A DNA stretch of 32,000 nt, from NCBI GenBank assembly GCA_963695565.1, contig CAVOGW010000001.1:883823-915822 (forward strand), given 5' to 3'. The first letter of the stretch is position 1; each line of letters begins with the position of its first letter. Positions 17,381 through 24,961 of the stretch are shown here, one piece after another. The position numbers and the translations under genes are program-made. Under the pieces are notes generated by a model. The model did no database searches and had not been told where the DNA came from. It worked only from the letters and a program-made list of their open reading frames with translations. The stretch is from an uncultured Planctomycetales bacterium (GTDB taxonomy: Bacteria > Planctomycetota > Planctomycetia > Pirellulales > Pirellulaceae).

Positions 17381-19837
17381 ATGACTCAATCGATCGAGGC
17401 TCTACTGGATTTCTTGCCTGAGGCGTTGCGCGAGCGCACGAGGGTCCTTGGCCGTCACGTTCCATCCACCGCAGGCGAGTTTGTCCTGTATTGGATGCGG
17501 ACAGCCATGCGCGTCGACGAGAACCCGGCACTCAATGTCGCAATCGAGTCTGCTAATCGGTTAGCCCTGCCCGTGCTCGTCTATCAGGCGCTTTCCGAGC
17601 GACATCCCTACGCCTCTGACCGACATCACACGTTTGTCATGGAGGGCGTGCGGGATATTCAAGCCGCAATCGATCGTCGAAACTGCGCATTCGTTTTTCA
17701 TTTGGAGCGACCGGAACATCGTGGCCCACACTTGAAAACACTTGCTCAACGAGCTTCCCTGGTGATTACGGAGGAGATGCCGGTGGAGCCGCTGCGCAGC
17801 TGGACGGAACGTCTAAGTCGCAATCTAATAATTCCCGTTGTCGCAGTGGACACCGCCTGCGTTGTGCCCATGCGGCTGCTCGGGAAGGCCTTCGAACGAG
17901 CTTTTGCGTTCCGCAAGGCGACGCAAGCCCTCTACCAAGCTCGGCTGACGCGGGTCGTGGGTGGCGCGCGCGCCCAGCGCGGGGCCGAAATTCCGGACGG
18001 GCTGCCATTCGTCCCGTTGGACCTGCGAACGGCCGACATCCAGCGGCTCGTCAGCCAGTGTGACATCGACCATTCGATCGGTCCGGTGCCCGACTCAGTG
18101 GGTGGGTCAATCGCAGGCTACGAGCGATGGGAAGACTTCAAGACCAACGGTCTCGGCGACTATGCGTCGCGGCGAAATGACGCCCTGGCCGACGGTGTCA
18201 GCAGAATGTCCGCTTACTTGCACTACGGAATGGTTTCGCCGCAGCGGATTGCCCGAGAGACCGCCGAGGCCGCAAGCGAAGGGGCAGATAAGTTCCTGGA
18301 CGAACTTTTGGTTTGGCGTGAGCTGGCGTACACCTTCTGTTTCCACCGCCGCGACCACGATCGGACGACGGCGCTACCCGACTGGGCAATCGAGACTTTG
18401 GCGGCTCATCGGACCGACCAACGCCCGGCCTTGTTTTCTTGGGAGACACTGTCGCGCGGGCGAACCGGCGACGTGCTGTGGGATGCGGCTCAGCGCTCGC
18501 TATTGATGCAGGGCGAGCTGCACAACAACGTTCGTATGACTTGGGGAAAAGCTATTCTCAATTGGACCCCAGACGCTGATTCCGCATTGGCCCTGATGAT
18601 CGACTTGAATCATCGCTACGCACTAGATGGGCGCGATCCCGCCTCGTACGGCGGCATCTTGTGGTGTCTAGGTCAGTTCGATCGCCCATTTCCACCACCG
18701 CGGCCCATCCTGGGAACCGTCCGAGATCGTGCGACTGAACAACACGCGCAGCGACTTGAACCGCAGGCGTACCTGCGTCATGCGACGCGACCTTTGCGAA
18801 ACCCGATGCCTCGAGTCGCCGTGATTGGCGCGGGCATTTCAGGTCTCGCTTGCGCGAGGACGCTGTCCGATCATGGTTTCCCCGTCACCGTACTGGAAAA
18901 GAGCCGGGGCGTCGGCGGCCGCATGGCGACACGGCGCACGGCGGAAGGCCCGCGATTCGATCATGGAGCACAATACTTCACCGCTCGGGAAAATATTTTC
19001 CACCGCTACGTCACCTCCTGGATGCATGACGGCCTCGTCACTCCGTGGCGGGGCCGGGTCGTTGTTCTGGAGCATGGAAACATCCAGGACAAGCCGTCAG
19101 ACAGCGAGCGTTTTGTGGCCGTGCCCGGGATGAACGCACTCTGCAAACATCTGGCGACAGGGCTGGACGTTCGATTGAAAACCCTGGTGGCTCCACTCCG
19201 ACGGCTTCATGATCAATGGCAGGTCGTCAGCCACGACGGCACTGCGCTGGGCGACTTCGACGCGGTCATTGTTTCTGCTCCCGCCCAACAGACGGCGGCA
19301 CTCCTGGCCGCCGTGCCAGAAATCGCCCTCGTTGCCGGCCGCCAGGAAATGCAGGGATGCTGGGCCGTCATGCTCGCATTTACCACATCCCTGGGGCTCG
19401 ACTTTGACGGCGCCTTTGTGCACGGTTCGCCCCTATCCTGGATTGCCAGAAATAGCAGCAAACCGTTGCGCGAAACGCAGCCCGAGACTTGGGTGCTGCA
19501 CGCATCCGCCGATTGGACGCGGGCTCGAAGCGAAGATCCATCGGAATCGGTGGAGCCAGAACTACGGGAAGCATTCTGGCAGGCCGTCGGAGTCCCGGAA
19601 ATGCCTTCCTGTTACCGGTCTGCTCACCGCTGGCGTTTTGCATTGCCGCCCGAGCCGCTGGCAGACCGCTGCCTGTTTGATTCGGATTTGAGGGTTGGGG
19701 CGTGTGGAGACTGGTGTGCTGGGCCACGGGTGGAAGGTGCGTTTCTTAGCGGAATTGCCGCGGCAGGACGTGTCATGGGGCTGCTCAAGCTTGGCGAACC
19801 GCCTAAAGTGAAAAAGGCTCGAAAGGCAAGCGAGTGA
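17381..19837 (+). CDS. Fusion protein: class II CPD photolyase (aa 1-475) plus renalase-like NAD/FAD-dependent oxidoreductase (COG3380 type, aa 476-818)
   Basis: N-terminal part collinear with class II photolyases (LYWMRTAMRVDENPAL, SRMSAYLHYGMVSPQRI, FLDELLVWRELAYTFCFH, LHNNVRMTWGKAILNW, NHRYALDGRDPASYGGILWC, QAYL near the usual C-terminus). The frame continues without a stop into MPRVAVIGAGISGLACARTL, EKSRGVGGRMATRR and DHGAQYFT. Confidence 0.9.
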   Translation: MTQSIEALLDFLPEALRERTRVLGRHVPSTAGEFVLYWMRTAMRVDENPALNVAIESANRLALPVLVYQALSERHPYASDRHHTFVMEGVRDIQAAIDRRNCAFVFHLERPEHRGPHLKTLAQRASLVITEEMPVEPLRSWTERLSRNLIIPVVAVDTACVVPMRLLGKAFERAFAFRKATQALYQARLTRVVGGARAQRGAEIPDGLPFVPLDLRTADIQRLVSQCDIDHSIGPVPDSVGGSIAGYERWEDFKTNGLGDYASRRNDALADGVSRMSAYLHYGMVSPQRIARETAEAASEGADKFLDELLVWRELAYTFCFHRRDHDRTTALPDWAIETLAAHRTDQRPALFSWETLSRGRTGDVLWDAAQRSLLMQGELHNNVRMTWGKAILNWTPDADSALALMIDLNHRYALDGRDPASYGGILWCLGQFDRPFPPPRPILGTVRDRATEQHAQRLEPQAYLRHATRPLRNPMPRVAVIGAGISGLACARTLSDHGFPVTVLEKSRGVGGRMATRRTAEGPRFDHGAQYFTARENIFHRYVTSWMHDGLVTPWRGRVVVLEHGNIQDKPSDSERFVAVPGMNALCKHLATGLDVRLKTLVAPLRRLHDQWQVVSHDGTALGDFDAVIVSAPAQQTAALLAAVPEIALVAGRQEMQGCWAVMLAFTTSLGLDFDGAFVHGSPLSWIARNSSKPLRETQPETWVLHASADWTRARSEDPSESVEPELREAFWQAVGVPEMPSCYRSAHRWRFALPPEPLADRCLFDSDLRVGACGDWCAGPRVEGAFLSGIAAAGRVMGLLKLGEPPKVKKARKASE

Positions 19838-20025
19838 GCCTGTGAACCAGCTGTATTACCGGTGTTGGTGAAGGGTTACCGATAACGTCAAACTGGGAAA
19901 CGAACAAGCGAGCGAGTCGTTGACGCGACCACTCGTTTCGCGGTCTGCGTTACAGCGGGACGTACACGATTTGAGGCGCACATGCTCCGTGGCGATTAGG
20001 TGGCAACCGTGATCTCGCCTTGACG

Positions 20026-20187
20026 CTCATTCGCTTGCGCGTTTCGAAGTTGCGCTCAGGCGAAAACAGCGCGAAAATACAAGCTCGACACGCCAGCGAT
20101 TGGGTCTGCCAGCGGTTTAAATTCCGGGTTTCGGCCAAGTGCCACCGAAAGTGTGCAAGATCAAAGCTTGCGCTTCGTGCTTGTATT
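20026..20187 (+). repeat. Repeat family B, copy 2 (same orientation as copy 1; outer right arm degenerate)
   Basis: Aligns base-for-base with 9373-9535, with about 18-20 differences by eye. Overlaps the spurious N-terminal extension of ORF 20139..20894. Confidence 0.85.
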
Positions 20188-20225
20188 GCACGGACGCAGC
20201 GCACGTTCGTTTGTCAGGCAAAGAC

Positions 20226-20894
20226 ATGATCAGCTCGATCTCAAAACAGTCCGTCATCTTGCTACACGGTTTGGCAGCAAACCGACTGGCCATGTTCAGG
20301 TTGGCCTGCTCGTTAGCCGCGCACGGCTACCACGTGGCCAACTGGGGCTACGCCAGCATTCGAAATCCGATCGAATCGCAGGTTGTTGAGTTCCGGAAGA
20401 GATTGGAAAGATTCCTGGATCGGGATCCGTACGACGCCGTACACCTGGTGACGCACAGCATGGGCGGCATCATTGTCAGGCGTGCCTTCAGTCTTGGCCG
20501 CCCCGCGAATTTAGGACGGTTAGTGATGTTGGGCCCGCCGAATGCAGGATCCCACGTGGCACGTACGCTAGCCCGGCCGCTCGGTCGACTGTGCCCGCCC
20601 CTGATCGATCTGTCCGATTCCGCAGACAGCTATGTCAATCGCCTGGTTGAGCCGGAGGGGCTTGATCTGGGCATCATCGCGGCCGCCTACGATCGCGTCG
20701 TGAAGCTAGAGAGCACTTTTCTGCCGTGTCAGCGAGACCATATCGTGCTGCCAGGACATCACGGTACTCTGCCCTGGCGTCGTGAGACCGTGCGGCAGGT
20801 GCTGCACTACCTCCAGTACGGACGGTTTCGGCACGAGATGGTTCAGAGCACGCAGGAAACGGTCGAAGGAGCACTCCATGCGGTTCAGCCTTGA
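20226..20894 (+). CDS. Alpha/beta hydrolase, lipase/esterase-like (PGAP1/lipase class 2-like)
   Basis: VILLHGLAANR, then the nucleophile elbow THSMGG and MLGPPNAGS. ATG 20226 is preferred because the upstream part of the ORF is repeat family B. Confidence 0.8.
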   Translation: MISSISKQSVILLHGLAANRLAMFRLACSLAAHGYHVANWGYASIRNPIESQVVEFRKRLERFLDRDPYDAVHLVTHSMGGIIVRRAFSLGRPANLGRLVMLGPPNAGSHVARTLARPLGRLCPPLIDLSDSADSYVNRLVEPEGLDLGIIAAAYDRVVKLESTFLPCQRDHIVLPGHHGTLPWRRETVRQVLHYLQYGRFRHEMVQSTQETVEGALHAVQP

Positions 20895-21261
20895 GGAAAT
20901 CACGCTGGCCAGAGACCTACGCCGCCAAGGCCTGGTTTGGGAGCCGCGCGCGGGTCATTACGTCTACGACGAAACGGGCTTCTGTAAGCAGTCGTCGCCA
21001 TTCCAAGAGAAGGTCTACTTTATTCTCAATTACGATTACTTCATGAAGGCGGTCGGCGGCGTCGAGCGTTTCAAGCAGATCATGATCTGGCTGCCGACGT
21101 GGGAAGATGCCCGGGATATTCTGCGCAATCTCGAAGTTACTGATCAAGAAGTTGCCGTCAGACTCACCGGCCAGCGGGGCGTTGCGCGAGGTATCGAACG
21201 GCTCGTACTTTACGAACAGATCGGCTTAAAACTGACGGCTGGCACCGGAGTCACATCGTAG
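20878..21261 (+). CDS. Hypothetical protein (127 aa)
   Basis: Protein-like sequence from ATG 20878 (MRFSLEEITLARDLRRQGLVWEPRAGHYVYDE). Overlaps the hydrolase stop by 17 nt, suggesting co-translation. No family recognised. Confidence 0.5.
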   Translation: MRFSLEEITLARDLRRQGLVWEPRAGHYVYDETGFCKQSSPFQEKVYFILNYDYFMKAVGGVERFKQIMIWLPTWEDARDILRNLEVTDQEVAVRLTGQRGVARGIERLVLYEQIGLKLTAGTGVTS

Positions 21262-21499
21262 TGGCGACGTGAGTGCCGGCGCGCCTCACCCGCGTACTCG
21301 TTTGGGGGCAACTCGCCGCGGGTCCAAGCCCCCCTGCTGCCCGTGCGACGAGGGAAGGTGACATCAGCTAGTTGCGTCGCGTCAGCCGCTTTCTCACGGG
21401 TACCGCAGCGTGCCACCCGTGTCACGGCCGCGTAAAAACGCTATTCTGTGGGCAGCCGCTCTGATCAGCCTGCGACTTCGAATGAGAAAGGAATGAGCC

Positions 21500-22639
21500 A
21501 TGCCACAAACTTATGACAAATCCAAAGACCTGGCGGGGCCGGGTGTGAGCACATACGAAGAGGTGGCCCGCGTCCTCCCTGAAGATTACCGGGCCCTGCT
21601 GACTCCCAAGCAACGGATGAAAGCACTGTATAAGGTCAAGGCCTTCATTGAAGAGAATCTCTGCAAGGAACTCGGGCTATTCATGGTCCAGGTGCCGCTG
21701 ATCGTGACGAAGGACAGCGGAGTCAATGACTATCTGGATCGTGACGGGTCGCGAACGCCGGTCGAATTTCCCTGTGGACTGGGGTTGGACCGGCGGATCG
21801 AGGCACAGATTGTGCAGGCGGCAACCAAGTGGAAACGCTTCGCACTCCGGCAATTCGATTGCGGAATCGGGGAGGGAATCTGCACGGACATGTGCGCCGT
21901 GCGCAAGGATTACTTTCTGGACCATGATCACAGCTGCTATGTCGATCAGTGGGATTGGGAACGCACAATTGCAGCCGACGACCGCAACTTGGACTTCCTT
22001 CGCGATGTTGTGGAACGAATCTGGACGGTGATCTACGAAGCCGGTCAATTGGTTCAAAAAGACTTTCCTGAGCTGGCCACGGACCGCTATCCGACCATCC
22101 CCAAGACCATCCAGTTTTTTCACGCCGAGGAAATTCTGGAACGCTACCCGGATTTACCACGCAAACAGCGCGAAACCAAAATGATCACCGAAGTCGCGCC
22201 GGCCATTTTTATCATCGGTATCGGACACACGCTGGCCGATGGCTTTCCGCACGAGATGCGGGCCGCGGACTACGATGACTGGTGTACGCCCACGGTTATC
22301 AAAAATGGTCAGCAGTACCACGGCCTGAACGGAGACATTCTGGTTTGGAATCCGGTCACGCAACGTCGGCATGAACTTAGCTCCATGGGTATCCGCGTGA
22401 CCAAGGACTCGATGACTCAACAGTTAAGAGAAACCCACCAGGAAGACTTTCTGCAACTGCCCTATCATCAAATGATCTTGAAGGACGACATCCCGCTCTC
22501 GATCGGAGGTGGTATTGGCCAGGCCCGGACGTACATGTACCTATTGCGGACGGCTCACCTTGGGGAAGTTACCGTGAGCGTTTGGCCCGATCAGTTGCAT
22601 AAGATTTGCGAACGGAGAGGCATCACTTGCCTACGTTAG
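21500..22639 (+). CDS. asnA: Aspartate--ammonia ligase (asparagine synthetase A)
   Basis: Collinear with E. coli AsnA from memory: VQVPLIV, KWKRFAL, HSCYVDQWDWERTI, FFHAEEILERYPDL, DYDDW, LNGDILVWNPV, ELSSMGIRV, IGGGIGQ. Confidence 0.95.
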   Translation: MPQTYDKSKDLAGPGVSTYEEVARVLPEDYRALLTPKQRMKALYKVKAFIEENLCKELGLFMVQVPLIVTKDSGVNDYLDRDGSRTPVEFPCGLGLDRRIEAQIVQAATKWKRFALRQFDCGIGEGICTDMCAVRKDYFLDHDHSCYVDQWDWERTIAADDRNLDFLRDVVERIWTVIYEAGQLVQKDFPELATDRYPTIPKTIQFFHAEEILERYPDLPRKQRETKMITEVAPAIFIIGIGHTLADGFPHEMRAADYDDWCTPTVIKNGQQYHGLNGDILVWNPVTQRRHELSSMGIRVTKDSMTQQLRETHQEDFLQLPYHQMILKDDIPLSIGGGIGQARTYMYLLRTAHLGEVTVSVWPDQLHKICERRGITCLR

Positions 22640-22693
22640 CGAAATCTGAGTGATGGTCGACGCTTTTCGGCGACTCCACCAAGGGGACAAGTG

Positions 22694-22864
22694 ATGAACA
22701 ATCCAGAATACGCTGTCGGATGGGGAACACTGGCCCTCATTAACGCAGGACTTGCTCAAGGCAAGAACCGTAGCGGCCTGAACTGGTTTGTGTTATCTAT
22801 TTTCCTGGGGCCAATTGCAACGTGCGCGTTAGTGGTGATGGAAAAACACCCTGATTTGGGCTGA
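22694..22864 (+). CDS. Small membrane protein (56 aa), below the ORF-track size cutoff
   Basis: My own translation: MNNPEYAVGWGTLALINAGLAQGKNRSGLNWFVLSIFLGPIATCALVVMEKHPDLG. AAGGGGA lies upstream. The NAGLAQ-K-RSG-NWF-LS-GPIA pattern recalls a common small two-helix membrane domain. This is from memory only. Confidence 0.45.
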   Translation: MNNPEYAVGWGTLALINAGLAQGKNRSGLNWFVLSIFLGPIATCALVVMEKHPDLG

Positions 22865-22957
22865 CAATTTGGTGGCCGATTGTGGCATGGATGACAGATC
22901 AGCAACGTTTACGGACGCGGCGATCAAGATCGTCATTCGGACAACAGACAGTTAAAC

Positions 22958-23981
22958 TTAGCTGACCGCGAGGTTCACAGCGGCAGTCCTGACCGCTGGA
23001 GAATCGGGCCACAGCCGCACTCCAATCGTGCTGAGTAGACCGTCCACGTCCGGCTGCTGGTCCGCGGAAGTCGCCAGGTGTGCGGCAACCAGCGTTCCGT
23101 TCACCATCAGGAAGGTGCCCGGCATGCGAAATCCATCACCCGCCAACTTACCCAGCCCGTATCCGCGAAGGATCGATTGCAGACCTCGCCAAAGGATCCG
23201 TAGACTCAATAGTTGAGATAACTTCCCGCGGCCCAGCCCGAAAGCCCTGTACAAAACACAATTTGGATCGCTGAAGTGGTGGACCGAAGTCAAGCCAAAT
23301 TTCTGCAACATCAGCGTGCCATCCATCGGGACTTCCCATGTGGACCAACGCCAGTTGAACCCCACTGCGGTGCAGCCGCCACTGTTGCCTGTTCAAAAGG
23401 GCCATTGTCTCGCGACAGAACGTGCAGCCCGAGTGTCGCAGAAATACAACCAGCGTGGGAGTCGCCGACGACATTTCCAACAGGCTTGAATTGCGATGAC
23501 TGCGAATATTTCGCACTGCGTCCTTGTAGTCAACACGGTCAGCTCGCAGCGAAGTGTTCGAGTGGTGCCGGAAGGCGAGGTACAAAATCGAGGCGAACGG
23601 CACCCACCAAATGAGATCGTTGGTGATAATCGTGGCGCCCCACCTCCAAGGAAGCATTCCGGTGAGCGCAGCTTGGAGGAATCCAATCGGACCCAGTACT
23701 TTTCCCAACAGCCCGACGCACACGATTGGCCAATGTCGGAAGGGGTCTCGGGCGGCTAACCAGTAGCCGACTCCATAGACACCGACAATCATGCCCACAC
23801 ATTGCCAGATTTGCGGATAGCGGGGTTCTTCCATTCCAGCCCAGCGAAAAAGCGCCAGGGGAGCGGCGATGACCGCGGCACCCCATGCCAGGTTGTAGAT
23901 CGCCGCAGCGTAGAGCACATTTCGGGTCCAACGCGGTTCCAATGTGTCTTTGCTACTGTGCATTGCGCGCTCCGTAATCAT
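22958..23981 (-). CDS. Membrane domain fused to a thioredoxin-fold peroxiredoxin-like (AhpC/TSA-related) domain; frame interrupted near 23327-23331 (apparent 1-nt excess)
   Basis: ORF 23148..23981 gives 4 or so TM helices, then TLVVFLRHSGCTFCRETM and GVQLALVHMGSP. ORF 22958..23365 in another frame continues with MDGTLMLQKFGLTSVHHFSDPNCVLYRAFGLGRG and MPGTFLMVNGTLV. Together they form one peroxiredoxin-like fold. Confidence 0.7.
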
Positions 23982-24175
23982 TCAATAAAACTCCCCAGTG
24001 GATGAAACCGAGGGGTATGCGGTAAGTTAACCGCCTCCCGGCCGACCTCGCGTTGGTCGCTTGCTGCCTTACCGCTACCAACGACTCAATCAAGGGTACT
24101 CTTCCCACCGATCCTGGGGCCTGTCTACACCTAAGTTCGAGTTTTGCATTTTCGACGTCACCTTGGACACAATGT

Positions 24176-24200
24176 AGAACAATTGTCCCCAATTGTTTCC
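24176..24200 (+). repeat. Solo copy of the family A hairpin-1 module carrying a compensated base-pair change
   Basis: AGAACAATTG-TCCC-CAATTGTTTCC compared with canonical GGAACAGTTG-TCCC-CAACTGTTTCC. The G-to-A change in the left arm is matched by C-to-T in the right arm. Confidence 0.6.
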
Positions 24201-24353
24201 GGACCACCGCGAAGGCGGAGGCCCCTGCTCGCGCAAGAAAGTGAGAAACTCGATCTAAGCCGTTTTGCGTACCAAAGCAACAGCCGCGTTACTTGTTTAG
24301 AATGGCAGTTTTTTGCCATTTCGCACGCGCATGGTTCTCGACCGCGTATCAAC

Positions 24354-24388
24354 AAAAAAAGCCAGCGGCCGCCGTCGCGGCCGCTGGC
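24354..24388 (-). terminator. Rho-independent terminator candidate (minus strand)
   Basis: Perfect 12-bp GC-rich stem GCCAGCGGCCGC / GCGGCCGCTGGC (24361-24372 / 24377-24388) with a 4-nt loop. On the minus strand it is followed by a run of 7 T (24354-24360). Confidence 0.6.
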
Positions 24389-24704
24389 AAGCGGCAATCA
24401 TGGGGTAGCAGTCTCACCGCTTTTGCTTGCCGCATGGGGCAGCATGCCTGGCAAGCGAGGCGATTCATAACAGCTCGCCTGGGGGAAAACCATACCACCC
24501 TGAAAACCCGACCTTTGACGACCCGCCGTGTGACGCGAGGGCTGGGCGTTCGCCGCTCCGATGCTCGAAGTTGGCAAAAACGCCGGGGATCTGACGCACA
24601 AGCACGAATAGCTAAGCGGCCACTGCCAGCATTGCCACCAGACAGCAACTCAATCCCGGGTCGAATCGTGCCTCAGCTGGCAGTGCACGGCAGCGCGACG
24701 AAAT

Positions 24705-24753
24705 GTCATCCTGAACGTAGCGGAGTCCCCCTGTCATCCTGAACGTAGCGGAG
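24705..24753 (+). repeat. Direct repeat, 2 x GTCATCCTGAACGTAGCGGAG (period 28)
   Basis: Identical 21-mers at 24705-24725 and 24733-24753. The second continues into CGGAGTGAAGGATC. Confidence 0.8.
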
Positions 24754-24865
24754 CGGAGTGAAGGATCTGCCAGCCAACGTAACATTGCCTACCGTGGTAA
24801 GTCCGGGATCTCCTGCGTCTACCGTCGCACACGGAACGACGTCTGTGGAAGATCCTTCGGTCGCT

Positions 24866-24951
24866 GACTCGTGCTGCGCACGTCGTCAGCTCCCGCAGGA
24901 GGATTTTTGACTGTGCTGCGCACGTTGTCAGCTCTCTCAGGATGACTTTTT
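24866..24951 (+). repeat. Tandem repeat, 2 x about 43 bp (GACTSGTGCTGCGCACGTYGTCAGCTC...TTTTT), each with an internal hairpin
   Basis: Units at 24866-24908 and 24909-24951. The second ends in TCAGGATGAC, the inverse of the GTCATCCTGA motif at 24705 and 24733. Lies directly 3' of the flgE stop. Confidence 0.7.
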
Positions 24952-24961
24952 GAACGGCGGA

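Noticed and set aside
9373-20187. Family B direct repeats as boundaries of a 10.8-kb genomic island carrying the photoprotection genes
   Set aside because: The interval includes the essential hisS gene. There is no integrase, tRNA or obvious compositional shift. The repeats behave like ordinary interspersed intergenic elements.
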